Positions 25,526 to 39,316 of a DNA stretch of 64,000 nucleotides are shown here, piece after piece. The notes beneath the pieces are model-generated. The model was not told the origin of the DNA. It did no database searches and saw nothing but the letters and a program-made list of their open reading frames with translations. How positions within the stretch are numbered: the stretch's first letter is position 1; each line of letters begins with the position of its first letter. Location: NCBI RefSeq assembly GCF_036321535.1, contig NC_087447.1:37450001-37514000 (forward strand). The letters run 5' to 3'. The translations under genes and the position numbers were made by a program. This DNA is from Camelus dromedarius (lineage: Eukaryota).

Positions 25526-25959
25526 AGATGGAGCTGCTTTTGATGCAGCTCAGGTTAGGAAATCAAAGTGCACTGGGCTCCTCCCACCTCCTGCACATGC
25601 CCACGGTTCCCGAGGCATCTCCCCCGTCACTTCAAGTTCTAAAAGCACGCTTTGAAAACAAGAAGCTAAAATCATCTCTGTAGGGCCTTTGTTTTAGAAG
25701 ATATCTCTGAGAGAAGGAAACTTTGTTAAATCACAGAGGTTCTGACCCGCATTTCTTCCATATATTCTGACTTGCTGTGGGAGTCCCTCCGTGGACCTCT
25801 ATTTTCTCGCTTGTAAAATAATCATCTTGGATGAAATGAGCATCAGAAAAGCTCTCCTCCCACTGTACCCAATATCAGAGTAAGAACAGGTTGATCATAT
25901 CTCTGGCAGAATGAGACTTTGGGTAGCTACAATTATTTTTATTCCTTGCACAAAAGCGA

Positions 25960-26530
25960 TACAAATTCCCTGGAAATATTTAGAAATAAACATAAGGAAA
26001 AAAAGTAGAAAATTCAAATCACTCATAATACCTCTCTTGAAAATAACCACTGTGAACATTCTGATGTGAATATGTTCAAGCTTACTTCTGTCTCTCTCTC
26101 ACATACACACATACACACACTCACACAAACACACACGCACACACACCAAGAAATCAGACTTACATTTGTAAGTATGTGAATGCTATTTATAACCTGTTGA
26201 ATTATCTTAAAAACATAATAATCTTTCCATACCAATAAATATTCTTTCATAATAATATTTTAATAGCTGCAAAGAATCTCAATTGCATAGCTATACCAAA
26301 ATTTATTCAACTAATCTTTTTCTGTTGGAAATTTAAGTTTATCCAATTTTCTGCTATTTTAATAGTATGATGAACATTATTGTAGCTAAATCTCTACACA
26401 TTTGCATTATTATATCCTTAGGATTTATTTTTAGAAATGGAATTACTAATTCAAAGGGTATAAACATTTTTAAGTTGTTTGATGCATTTTACCAAATTAT
26501 CCAGAAAGTTTATGCAAATTTAAACACCCT
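25960..26530 (-). mobile_element. L1ME-type 3' fragment containing a (CA)n tract
   Basis: tttttaatagctgc...atgatgaacattattgtagctaaatct...tagaaatggaattact antisense old L1. Confidence 0.75.
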
Positions 26531-27446
26531 TTCACTGGATCTAGGAAAGTCGATTCATGCAGATTCTCACCACTCTCAAGCCGTTATGTTTTAAAATCTT
26601 AGTAAGTTAGAGGAAGTGAGAAAAATGGGACTCTGGATTCCTTATGAGATGATACTTTGGACTTTAATTCATGTGCGTGTGATGGGGAGGGGATAGTAAA
26701 TCTTCTACCAGGTTTGGTTTGTGACTGGACCCTGGAGCTATGTTGGGATCTAACTGTAATTGTATGTCTACAATAAAGGGTGGTGGCACAAATGGATGAG
26801 GACAATTTGTTTCCTCTTTCAAAACCTAAAAGTAGAGAAGAAATAGCCTCATGAGACAAGGAGGGAAGAATGCTGGACGGTCCAGAGGAGGACAGTGGCT
26901 CATGGACAACAAAGGCAGTTCCAAGTTTTCTGAATCCTCCCACATAAACTCCTCCAATGCTTAGAACTTCAGTCTTTACGGATCAGTGCCTTAATTCGGG
27001 CAAAAGAGCTGATCCATATTCAACTGATAGGGCCATCTTGAGTTTGGTTACCTGTCCTGTGATTCTTCATGGTAATTTTTTTCCAAACTCAGTCATACAA
27101 TGCCCCCACTGTATTTACCTGGGGACATTGTATGACTATACTTTAAAAAACTTTGAGCAAAAATTTAGGATTTGGCATGTCATCCTCTTTCATTAAACAG
27201 TCCAGTGCCTTAAGAAGTAGCCATTCCACTCCAATGCCTTTATTTTTCCTTTGTACTCTTGTGTGTCAGTAGCAAGATAATCTTCAAAGCCTTGGCCTTG
27301 GCCACGTCACTGCAAACAACTATGCGTGATAACTGCTTTGTCTCTACGTGAGGTGAGTGTCCAGGCTTTTTATCCTTGAATACTAACAAGAGTTTTTGAT
27401 GCCTTCTATCCCAGCCAAGCCAGATAGCCAAAAGCATCTTCCTTAC

Positions 27447-28003
27447 TGTGACAGATCCTAAAGTGGCCCCCAATGATCACTTGGTGTTCACATCCTTGTG
27501 TAACCTTGAGTGTGGGCAGGAGCTTTAACTTGCTTCTAACCAACAAATCACGGCAAAGGTAATGAGATGACTTTCTCATGATGAGGTTACCTTATATGGC
27601 AAAAATGATGAGTGTCACTGCCATGACTATGTTATAATACACTATACATCATACCTTGCTATACATATGCATGTATGTATGAATGTGACTTGGAGAAGTC
27701 ACTCCTTCCCTTTCTTTCTCTCCCACTGGCCTTGAGGAAGCAGTCTTTCATGAGCTCCTCTGCAAGGACGTAAGTTCTGTCAACAACTTGAATATGCGTT
27801 GGAAGCAGATTCTTCTCTAGTTGAGCCTCTGTGAAGCCTTAGCCCTGGCCAATGCCTGGATTATAGCCTGATGAGATCGTGAAGCAAGGAACTCAGGTAA
27901 GTCACAGATTCTTGAGCTACAGAAACTGTGAGATAATGAGCATGTGTTTTTTGAGGCTGCTAAGCTTGTGGGGATTTGTTGTGCAACCACAGAAAATAAA
28001 TAC
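27447..28003 (+). mobile_element. MLT1E-like MaLR LTR
   Basis: tgtgacagatcctaaagtggcccccaatgatc...cagaaactgtgagataat...gggatttgttgtgcaaccacagaaaataaatac. Confidence 0.8.
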
Positions 28004-28059
28004 CTCCACATATGCCTTCTTCTGTTACCAATTTCTGTCATATGGTTCTAATTGCAAAT

Positions 28060-28460
28060 CAATTCTAATGTAAACATAAAGCAATTCACTGAAAGAACAG
28101 ATAGGCCACAGAATCAGTAGAAAGGCCATAGGATGGGTCTTGATCAGTGGGCAAGAAGCAAAGGAGAGAAGCAGCAGAAACCACAGTCCAGGTGCTTCAT
28201 CATTATCCTTCTGGTAGGATCCCACCACTTGCACAGCTACCACCACTACCACCCATTCTAGAAAACTGCTGCAAGGCCCCATTGCTGCTGCTGGACCTCG
28301 GGTACCAGTGCTGCCACCCCTGGGGTTGGTTACCACACAGTTCTACTATTGCATTCCCTACTGTCTCGCATCATTGCATCACTTTGTTAAGATTCAAAGT
28401 ATTAGGTGAGAGCATACTACTAGCCAAATTTAAGTCACACACCCACAATCCCACTGCCAG
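28060..28460 (-). mobile_element. Possible old MLT1K/L LTR fragment
   Basis: aagattcaaag...gagagcat...ttaagtcacacacccac resembles antisense old MaLR LTR. Confidence 0.4.
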
Positions 28461-28504
28461 GAAGCTGTGGGTTGGAGTATCTGCTTAGGGCCACAGAGTT
28501 GCTC

Positions 28505-29010
28505 AAATCTAAAGTACGCATGCTATAAGAAAAATATCACAAACCACATGGCTTACCAACAACAGAAATTTGTTTCTCACAGTTCTGGAGGCTGGGGAGT
28601 CCAAGATCAAGGTGCCAGCAGATTTGATGTCTAGTGAGGCTGTGTTCTCATCACATCCTCACATGGAAGAAGGGTCTAGAGAACTTGTGGAGTCTCTGTC
28701 TCTCTATTGTTGTTGGGGTTTTTTTTGGGGGGAGGTTGAGGGGGGGAGGTAATTAGGTTTATTTATTTATTTATTTAATGGAGGTGCTGGAGCTGGAACC
28801 CAGGACCTTGTACATGCTAGGCATGCACTCTACCACTGAGCTGTACCCTCTCCCTTTGAGTCTCTTTTAAAAAGACTCTTAATCCCATTCATGAGGGTTC
28901 CACTCTTTGACCTAATCACCTCCTAAAGGCTCCATCTCCAAATACCAAAACATTGGGGATTATTTTTCAACACATGAATTTGGGAAAACACAAACATTCA
29001 GTCTTCAGCA
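28505..29010 (-). mobile_element. MLT1A-like MaLR LTR interrupted by a SINE
   Basis: aacagaaatttgtttctcacagttctggaggctggggagtccaagatcaaggtgccagca...acaaacattcagtcttcagca. Confidence 0.85.
28702..28854 (-). mobile_element. Camelid Vic-1-like SINE (longer form with (TAAA)n and C-rich tail)
   Basis: gtaattaggtttatttatttatttatttaatggaggtgctgg...gaacccaggaccttgtacatgctaggcatgcactctaccactgagctgtaccc; flanking GAGTCTCT repeats at 28690-28697 and 28858-28865. Confidence 0.88.
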
Positions 29011-30369
29011 AATGGCATGTCCTGGAGTTTTACAGAACTCAGCTATTCATAGAATGTACCCTCTAGAATTATGCAGTGCATAGCTATCCATTGATATTAT
29101 GATGAGAATGAGAGTCCCTTGGAGTTGCACAGAACAGAACTCTGTACTGTCTTCACCCAGCTTCTGTTGTGAAAGTAGAAAGTTCCATTGTATCAAGATT
29201 TACACTATGGAATACCCTCCCACCATATGAAGGTTAAGATGCAGGGAAATCATGAAAAATAAAACAAAATTTTTTAAAGATAAATGACTTATATCAATAA
29301 ATAGAGAGTAATTGAAGCCATATGTGTGTTACTTAGTCCAAGAGTAAAGCATGAGGATAGAAGAGAAACATGGAAAAAGCTTCAAGAAACTCCAGCATTC
29401 CATGGCCAAGGAAAGAATTAACAAGTGTTCAGAAATGGAGAAGTGATCCATGTACCTCCCAGCTGTGACCCGGAGGAAGAATTTCCCAGGAGGGCTTCAA
29501 TTTTATACAGCAATTAATTATTTTTGATAAAGAAGTATCACTAAGTTTTTAGTAAGTACAATTTGCTTTTCGATAAAAATAGCTGTGAAAAAAAGAAGAA
29601 ACAATGTGTTTCTTTTAGACTCTGAGTCTTGATTTGGGATTTGGAAGTAATGGTTACTTCAGAGGCAATATTCAAACCTTTACTTGTAGTCTGTAGTTAG
29701 AAAGAGGGATCAGGATCCAGGATTTGTGGCCCAAACATCCTTAGTGGGGCCAAAATAATTTCAATCAAATTTTAGCCTATACAGTCTCCTAATTACTAAC
29801 ATATTAGAAAATGCAATACATTTCTAAAGCTGAACGAAAACTTTCCTAAAATACCAAAATGAAATTTTTTTAATTATTAAGAACATGATGAGGTCATGAT
29901 ATAAACCTGAAAAATGTATCAAGAAAAGTTACAGAACTTAACAAATTGGACATGGCAGGCCATCTCATTTCTCTAAAGAAAAGCAAGGATGAAGTCCAGT
30001 TTTAATCAACTGTGTCTGACGTCTCTGGTTCATTATAGAGAATGGGAAAAATCTACTGTAAAAGTTGAATGGAGAAGAAGACAGAAAAAACAGACAGTTA
30101 TGCATGTGAAGGGAGAATATTCTTGCTAGGAAAAAAAAATTACTGAAGAAATTCAAAAGATGGTGAGGAAAGGTGACAGACAGGAAGAGCTTCTCAACTG
30201 AGCAGAAATGGTGGGACCCAGCGAAATAAACAGTACACAGGACAAGGGGACAGGAGGCAAGTGCTCTAGCCAGCTAACCCACTCTGGGTAAGCTGAAGGG
30301 ATAGATTATTCTTACAAGATAAATTAGTTTAAAGCATCTCTGTACTGGAAAATCCCATGGACTTTCAAG

Positions 30370-30730
30370 GCCAACATCCTTCCTTTATCTGGGATTAAAT
30401 CCAAACACCTTTGTGTGACTTTCAAAACCCTCTAGTCAGACTGTCTCTATTTCTCTGCACTTTGACCACACTGCGGTCAGCTGTGCTGTTTTCCCTCCAG
30501 ACCACTGTTCACACCAGAACCCTGTCTTGATTTATTATTTCAAACCTCCATTTAGCAACTCCCTGTCTTTGGAAATTCTGCTCCTGCCAAGCTTCCTTCC
30601 AAAGGCAGCCATCACCCAGTTGTCTGTGCACTGTCTTAGCAGTTAGCACAGATTTCTTGGAATTACTTGTCTTAGACTAGACAGGCTTTGTCATGAAAAA
30701 GGGCCCTGTCTTGGCAACAGGCACAAGTAG
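30370..30730 (+). mobile_element. Decayed L2 fragment
   Basis: ggattaaatccaaacacct...tttcaaaaccctc...ggcacaagtaggtg pattern. Confidence 0.5.
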
Positions 30731-31066
30731 GTGAGGTCAGAATGAAGAGGCAGATAGGACCATTTTAGGAGAAACATGCCAATTTTAAGGCTGATCCTCA
30801 GTTGGATTATCCAGAAGCTCTGAACGAGATGTTTAAGGAGGTACAGTGAGTTCATGATTGATTAACCCTAGTGTTGACCATCAAGCAGGAGCAGAGTTCC
30901 TGTTCTGGTAGGTCTATTTGAAAGAGAAAATCAAACTGGGACTCAAGAAGACATATCTAGCCACAATGGCAAGAAGTGGAGAAGACCATAGACCTGGTAA
31001 CAGACCTTATTCACTAAAGCAGGAACCCATTCCCTGTGGGAAGAACAACTACAACTTAATTGGCTT

Positions 31067-31204
<138 letters not shown>

Positions 31205-31405
31205 GCATTAATAGCTGCCATCAGTTGAATCCTTTCTCTGTTAGGATCTGTAGCCAGTTACTTCATTACTTCCTCACAACATCCTTCAACAGGAATAGTA
31301 TCATCTCCTTTTTGCAGAAAAGGGTAATGTAATTGGGTCAACACAGCTAGAAAGTGGCAGAGGCAGGATTCAAACCAGGACCATCAGACTCCAAAGCCCA
31401 CACAT
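31205..31405 (-). mobile_element. MIR
   Basis: cacacagctagaaagtggcagaggcaggattcaaaccagg...agactccaaagccca. Confidence 0.8.
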
Positions 31406-31699
31406 GATCCTATAAGTTATACTCTGCAAAAACTGTTGAGCTGAAATGAAAGCTGAGGCTAAGCTGTGCCTGAGGAGGGGTTGAAAGTAGTCTTCAATTA
31501 AAGGGCAAACAACGGTCTAGGGTAAGTGTCAAGCACATCGGATCTGAGGCATTCCCTGCACGCTGGTGTTTGCTGAGCCTTTACTCAATATTGCCTGTCT
31601 GGTGGGGATTAGTTCAGGGACTGAGCACAGTTGAGTCTGTAGCTAGTAGTGGCTGAGGAAGAAAAGGGCTGGCACATTCTCTCACCTTCCCAGATGGAT

Positions 31700-31820
31700 A
31701 ATGAGCCCCTTGATAAGAGGGAGAGTGTCTTGGATATTTTCTGTGCATCCTAAGAGCTGGCCCACAGTAGGTCCTCGGTATGTGCTTGTTGATGGATTGT
31801 TTAGTTGATTGATTGATAGG
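31700..31820 (+). mobile_element. L2 3' end
   Basis: tgagccccttga...ctggcccacagtaggtcctc...ttgttgatggattg. Confidence 0.65.
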
Positions 31821-34800
31821 CCAACTGATTGTACAAAAAGGCATTAGGGAAAGCCACAGTGTGTTTAGTTCTTCCATTATCCATTATCCCTCCATGCTTC
31901 CCCAGACCTGCCTCACAGAGATGTGACTTATTGCTTCCCCTCTCTTCCCTCCTCAGAGAAGATGACAAGACCTTTCTATTTCCACAGAATGTATTTACTT
32001 TCCCCCTGGGTACTTTCGATTTGCATTAAGTAAAACAATGCTTACTTTGCTTTCTCCTCTGTCCTTAATACATGGGAGCCCTGACTATCCTGTGTTCCAG
32101 ACAAATAAATGGTCAAAATCACATGAGCTCTGAGCAAATCTGCTGGTCCAACTTGGCAGGGCCAATGGCTGTACACACATCCCATCCCCCATCTCTCTTC
32201 GCCACCCTCCACCCCCATCCCACACTGCAATACTCTGGCTAACTTGTTTAAGATATGAAGGATGGTACACTAAACTGAATGCCTTCAGGACACCATATAC
32301 CAATCTCTCATACTGGCCAATGGAATTTGGTCAGGCACCACAATACAGGAAGCCAGAGGTCTAACTGGGCAGACCCACATCACAAGGGTCTGTCATCAGT
32401 GGTACTGAGCATCAACTGCATTATCTCATAACAGATAAGGCCAAGTCCTTGCAGTTAAATGCCAAACAAGCTCCGACCACTGGGCTATCTCACTTATTAG
32501 GATGCTGCAAGTCCTCTCCCAGGCGTCCTGAGGTTCCCTAAATCCTGAGAAGCACAATTTCTCTGTCCCTAGCCCTTGGAGCATTTTGTCTTCTTATCGT
32601 CCTTCAGAATATTTACTTATAAATACCTTCTTACAGTATTATCAGGGTGAACCATTAATTTATTCTCTGAATCAAGAGAGTTTTTGAGTGAACGAGGTCA
32701 CTATTAATAAGTATACAAGAAAAAAAGCAAAGGTGGGGCTGACCCAGGCAAACTAGGCTGTGTGGTAATCCTACTACTGGCTTTTTAAATTATAGTTTCC
32801 GTTCCCTGCAGGCTGGATGAGTGGTCCTTCCTCCTTGCCCCCTTAACCTCCAGTCCTTATTCAGGGTGGAGTTAGAGAGTTCTCTACACACCGTTGCTAA
32901 TGGCCCCTGCTAAGCGGCTCACTTAAGTGTGTAAGAGTATCATTTTCAAGCTTAAGACCACTTACTCCTAACCAAAGCACGACCATGAATGTTCCAAAGG
33001 CTCTCAAGCGCAATTTTCCAAGCTCTTGGTCAACTTTGTTGAGTTCCTTTTTGTTCCCCTGTAGGCAGTCTGACCTGTGGCCAGGGAGGCCTGAAGCTCT
33101 GCGAGTAGCACAGTAGGTACAAGAACTGGGAGAGTGGGCAGCTGGGACGCCCAAGCACCAAGCTGGATATTTTTGAAGCATCAATCTTGAACAGCAAATG
33201 CCAAAGTCAGACAAGGCCCAGGGCCTGCCGGGTAAATGCCCAAGAGGCCCTCCCCCCATCAGAGCTGGGCCTGGGGATTCCCTGCAGTGGGGCAATTGTT
33301 GTAGAATTCCTGGCCCTCCTCACACAGCTTCTCAAGGCCAGCCCTTCTGTGTGTTCTGTGACACCACAGCCCCTCTCTATTTCACACTCGGAGCCAAAGG
33401 CTCTGCACTTAGTTTCGGGAGCACTTGCACGGCAGCAGGAGATTGATAGAGCATCTGTCGGTCTCACCTGGCTTCTGGGCTCACAGTGCCAGTCCTGGGC
33501 GTCCTCCTCCAAGTCCTCCCCAGGTGCTCTCGGAGGTGGAGCTGGATCTGGAGGGGGTGGTCCCTCCCTCCATCTTCTGAGGTTCTACTCTATCCCTCTT
33601 TCATCCCATCTTTAACACAAAAACAGCTGATTGCTGGCAAACAATACCCATTATCTCTTCATCCCCTCATTTCTACGGGGATCTTTGCACCCTGGGTTCC
33701 CTGAGCTCCTAAGGACCCAGAAACAAATGCTGAGTCTTCTCTCAGTAGCACATGTGACTGTTGTAGGCAGGAGGCCACATTATCTTACTGATACTCTGCC
33801 AGATGTAAGATAAGTGTTATTATTCTCTTTGTTTATACCTGGGGAAAATGAGCTAAGTGAGCTGAAGTAGTTTGCCCAACGCCACAGAGCTTCCTGCCAC
33901 CCTGTAGGTAAAGGGCAGTTACTTACTGAAAAGAGACTGAACATTCTTGCTGAGCCACAGACATTCAGGAAGCAAAACACAAGACTAGATAGTTACTCAA
34001 GAAATCCAGGGAAGAGGACAGAAAAGGAGTTACAGTTTGGGAATCCTTGACAGAAGGACACAGAGCAGGATTATTTCACTGTGAGGGCATTATTCTGGAT
34101 CCTGTAGCCAGTATTAAGTAGTCAACTCCCCAGGGTCGCTAGAACCTGGGAGTCAGAAGGTCTCTATGTCTAGAATTTCCTTAACTACTGTCCTATGTTC
34201 AATAAATGGAGGTGAAACTTTTAATTCTGAGAACTCTGGCAAAGTTATTGCTAAGAAAATATTTCTTTAAGGACTTGAAGCATAATGTTTCAAATGGTAC
34301 AATTACAAAACTGCATCCAAAACCATGCAAATGGAAAAAAGACAGCAAGAAAATACATCAGAGAGCTAAAAGTGGCAACAGACAATTAATTTTCTTCTCC
34401 AAAAAAAAAAAAAATTTAAGTTTTTACAAAACTATTTTAGTTTTTTGTTTTTTGTTTTTTTTGAGTTTGGAGAAGAAGAAAGAAACTGAGACCTGAACAG
34501 AAGCTCTGCTCTTTACTGGGTTTATGGTTTTTCTTTCTCTGAGCCTTAGTTTCCTCATTTTACCAAATAGCTGTGTAATACCGAACATAAATGGTCTAAC
34601 CCACAGTCCGATGCTCAGTGTTACACTCCTTCTCTTCCTAAGACGAAGTGAAAATGTCCCACCAAGATCCACAGGGTCAGTCATTCCCCCCCTTTCTTTT
34701 CCGAAGAAATGTTCCCTCGAAGCCAGAAGGCTGGCATTAGGACCCCGCTCAGTACCCATAGACCCATCTCCTTCCACCACATGCAAACCATCAAAAGAAA

Positions 34801-35334
34801 AGCTCTGTCCATGAAAATCATAGCACTGGGAGGAGGGAAATCAAACCCAAAATTAATCAAACAGGATGTAATTCCCAGAGCAAACATGCATCAATTAGGG
34901 GAAATGTTACCGTCAGGTACCGGGTTTGGAATTTCACGAGGGACTCGTAAGGTGAATAAACTAAGCTCTGGCATTGATTATGGAAAGCAGCAGCTGTATG
35001 ATGTCAGGACTGTTGTGATCAGTTCAGCCAGAAATTCACTTTTCAGTGCCTTGATTCTTGGGATTACCTTTGTGCTGACTGACAGCCAAAGAAAGAAAAA
35101 CTGCATGGCTTAACGGAAAACTTTCTCTGATCTGTTCATCTAACAGCTAGCTGATACACCAGTGCTGATTTTCTTTGCCTTTTTTCAGCTGTACGTGTTC
35201 TTTTAATTGAAATAGTCAAAGCAAGAAATTCTTCATTGCCTCTTCTATGTATAAGGCACTATACTGATACAGTGAAGGATACAGAGGTGAGAAAAAGTCT
35301 CTCCTCTCTGGGAGGAGAGGGAAGAAAAGCCAGT

Positions 35335-35530
35335 TACTACTGGGACCTAGCTCTATGCCAAGCATTATTTCTCAGGCTTTAGGTCTATTATTATTTAATT
35401 TTTCCTCCCAACAATCATATGAGGTAGATATATTGTTCCCATTCTCTGAATGAGGAGAATGAGGCTCAGAGAGGCCACTGATTTGAGCCCTGGTTTGTTG
35501 ACCTCTGGAGTCCCTACACCACGTGGCTTC
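35335..35530 (-). mobile_element. MIR
   Basis: tatgaggtagatatattgttcccattct...gaggagaatgaggctcagagagg. Confidence 0.75.
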
Positions 35531-35817
35531 ATAATCTGTCCCTAGGTCTATGTCCAAAAAGCATCCTACCTCTGCACAGACCACAGAGGGGGACAGAAGA
35601 TAGGGAGAATTAAGCCATTATATCAGATTCATTTGCATCTCCAGGACAGCAGGCATCCACCTCTGCAGAGGCTGAAACTGAAAGTCAGAATTTTCCCTAC
35701 CCATGTCTGGGCAACATGACCCATTCCTCTAGAAAATGGCCTCATCTCACCTGTGAGTATCAATCCCTCCTTCCTTTGAGCTCCCACTCCCATTTTGTTT
35801 GAACTTCTCCTAGGAAA

Positions 35818-35826
35818 TTTATTTAT

Positions 35827-35864
<38 letters not shown>

Positions 35865-35880
35865 GTTTATTTATTTATTT
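35818..35880. repeat. (TCTA)n tetranucleotide repeat flanked by (TTTA)n
   Basis: Direct reading. Confidence 0.95.
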
Positions 35881-37027
35881 TTGCTTTACCACCCCTCCCC
35901 ACAAAAATTCATTGGTTGATTATATGCCTATTCCTTCCTAAAGATTCTGCTTTTTGGTGTCCTGTTTATCCTCTAAAAGTCAACCCAAATCATGGATTTA
36001 GCAACTAGTTGCTCTTCACTCTAAGCACACACACCTTAATTCCTATTTCTTAAATCAGATATGAATTTCAATCCAGCAAATCACCCGTGAAATGTAACTT
36101 CCTCCCCCTCTAATTCAACTATCTTTGAGATCCTCCTCATCGTCTTTCACCCTCATCGATCTCTCCTTGTCATCACTGCCAAGCCATCCCCCCATCCCAT
36201 CAGCATGGCTTCTTCAATTGGCAACTCCCCTCTTCACTTCTGAGCCATGCTGGAGTTCAGGAGCTCTCTGACATCTCAGAACAGCCATTTCAGTCTCGTT
36301 GGCCTTGCTACTTCCCTGTAATTCTGCCAGAGGAGCAGAGACCCTCTGCTCTCAGGTCCCGCAAACCCATCTGCAATCTGAGCTCCCTAGGGCTTCTTCT
36401 GGATAGGAGACAAGAGTCTGGAACCTCCTTCTCCAAGATCTATCATCATCTTTATTCACATAGTATTTTCCTTTCTTTTTCAACATTCCCAAGACCAAGA
36501 GAGTCCTTTCTAGTTAGCAGTCAGGGAGAAAGAGAGAGAATCATTTTCCTCAAATTATCTAACATTTTGACTATAGCTGCAGCCCTCTTATTTCTCCTAA
36601 AAACATAAGCATTTTGAAATGAAGGACAGTCACATCTCTTTCTTAAGGAAATGAACACGTAAGGAATGGCTGACATGATTAAATAGGGCAAGAAAAGGCA
36701 GAGAGGAGTAAGGAAACTGGCAAAAAACAAAAAGGCATTGCTTTATACATCAAAATATCTCGCTATCCTCTTTATTGGTACTCAGCTCAGGGCACTACGG
36801 CTTTTCACTTTTGGTTCTACCTCCCCCATGAGAAGTAAACATTGTCTTACTCATTGTTACTAAAGTTCAGGGACATAGCTCGGGATGCAGAGTTATGGAC
36901 TGGGTGTTGGGAAACTTGGTTTGTGTTTCCTGTTCTGATACTAATGGGATGTGTGATTCTAAGAATGTAATTTCCTCTCTATTTCTCCTGGGCATGAGCC
37001 ATAAAATCAGAGGATTGTACTAGATTA

Positions 37028-37508
37028 ACGTTCCTAATTCTTAGTCAAACTCATACCATCTTCCTGGTTAAGTCATATCTAATTATCATCCATATTGTTT
37101 TTTATTTAATATTTTTCCTTAAATTGACTCACTTTTTAAAAACTTAATTAAATTTACTGTCAAAGGAAACTTTACATGACTGTCATATCACTTAACAAGC
37201 CTAAAAAGTAACCAAAAAAGAAAAAATTAGCGATATAAAACAATGTCATTTAATTCTAGCTGGGCATTTTTTGCCTGCCAAATGCTTTTTGCTTTGTTAA
37301 AAAGTGAAAATAGCACCTGTCAGAGAAGTGTAAAGACACGGTAACAGTAACCTAAAGCTTTCTTCTCAGTAAATAAAAGAATTGAAATAGATCTGAAAAT
37401 GAAGTAACATCCTCATTAGAGATTCAGTGTTACTTAAAGGCACACTCTTACACTAGACAAAAGCTTCTTGTGCCACCAGAGGTAGGAGTTCAGGGCTATA
37501 CGCACTAG
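37028..37508. mobile_element. Old hAT-Charlie-like DNA element, apparently inserted in a MIR-like element
   Basis: ttaattctagct...ttgcctgccaaa...tttgttaaaaag...gtaaagaca; flanked by tactagat/gactagat. Confidence 0.5.
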
Positions 37509-38744
37509 ACTAGATGGCACTTCAGTTTCTTTACAGCTCCAACATTCTGCCTAACCTTGTTCTCTTTGCACACGATCTGTTTCTTGTCCGGGTCTTCTTA
37601 TCTCACTTCTGTCCGCAGCCAAGCTGCACTGCCTCCATTCCCCCCAGTTTCAGTGCCCCCTTAAGAGTTTGGTGTTAGGGACGTCCCACCTCTACCTCCT
37701 AGGTCTAATACTCCATCATTCATCTCCACAGGGTCTATGCTCTCCCTCTGTGCCCTTCCCACTCTATTCTGGCAGGAAGAGGCCAGCCCCCTGGGGTTCA
37801 GTGGCCAGATGAGCTCCCAGCACACCTGGTCATGCTGCTGAAGCCTGTGTTTTTCATATTTCACACTTGTCTGCCCCTGTCACTCACACCTGTGGTCAGC
37901 ACTGTCTTGAAAACACACCTGCTCCAGAGCCAAGCTTACAGAGAAGAGGTGGCAAGTGTGTCTGATGCCCCAGCAGGTTCTGGGCCACAGCTTACCGGAA
38001 TCTTGTAGGAACTGGTTTTGAGTCTTTTCTTTCCAAGGACAGACTGAATTCAGTCCTCCAAGGAAATGGTTCAACATATTCCTAGTGGTAGATGTGAGAA
38101 CCCAAACGCAGCCTTTAAATCTATATCTTGAATGGGATCAAAGCCACATGCTACCATCTCTTGAAGCTCTTCTTTGGCCGCTATAATTCTCATCCTTTTC
38201 CGTTTCGGAAAAGAACAAGAGTGACTTGGCTTCCAAGAGTATAGCAATCAGATACTCACTGCACACTAAATAGGTACTCTTAAAACATACTGTTGAGTGC
38301 ACTGCTGGGCTTTCAGAAAGTAAGCGAAATCTCCAAGCACTGACCATCCCACTCAGAGGCAAAAAGATTAAAAAAAAAAAAATGAACATGACTTATAAGC
38401 AAATACAGAAGGCAAAGTTTTTCTGAAGTAAATGCCAATATTAGTACTGCATTCTGTTGAACATGCCTTGGGCCAGCTGAACAGTGGACTTGTTTACCTT
38501 TAGACATTCACACTAAGCTAAAAATCCAGGAAGAAGTTTTAAAAGTCTCAGAATTCTCTGGCTCCTGGAAGAAGCAAATACATTTTTTTTTTTTCTGGAA
38601 GAAAGCATCCTCGATTTAGACTACAAAGTATTCCCAAATTTAAAATCAAGCAACCAAGAACTTATAATAAAACCTTAAGAACACAGAGAAATAAACCAAA
38701 ACAAGTAAGAATCAGTAGAAACAACACATACCAGATGTAGACCC

Positions 38745-39316
38745 TGTACCAGACACCTCTTAGATAGCAATTCTGATGCACTTGACCTCAGTGCTCTCAC
38801 ATTCTGGGCATTGCTCTCGTGACCAGCTCTGTGTGGGCTCTGACCATTCATACAGGTGAAGTCAAATGTCCCACCTCATGCTTGCAGTGCATGCTTCTCA
38901 ATTCCTGCCCCATGGCTTCCCTGTTGCTGCAAAGGTGAAAAACAATGAGAGGCCCTCCTCAGTGTCTGTACGTGTGGAAACCAGGATTGTGGGGAAATCA
39001 ATGCCCTGTGGGTCAAACTTTGATCAGTAGGAGAAGGAGCCAATGGAGAAATTCTTTCTCATATCTTGCCTCCAGATAAATGATCTTGGGAAGTAGTTTC
39101 TATGGCTTCTTGAGAGGCTATTTTATAGCACAGTCCTATGCTATCGAATAATCAGTTGCACTCAGTGGAAGTCAGCTAGTAGCACCTCTCACGTAGACTG
39201 TCTTTCCGTCCCTGCCTCACTCCCTGTGCCTTCACCTATGCTCCCTAGGGTTGTGCTCCCTAAAAAAAAAAAAATTGCATATGACCTCTAATTTCTGGAC
39301 AACCTTGGCTAAGTCA
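38745..39316 (+). mobile_element. LTR16-like ERVL solo LTR
   Basis: tgtaccagac start; cctgcctcactccc...ctccctaaaaa...ggacaaccttggctaagtca terminus. Confidence 0.7.

Noticed and set aside
27894..27902. Perfect donor CAG|GTAAGT
   Set aside because: Lies within an MLT1E-like LTR with no evident paired acceptor.
32897..33704. Overlapping 72-142 aa ORFs on both strands
   Set aside because: Locally higher GC lowers stop frequency; no homology recognised and not a CpG island.
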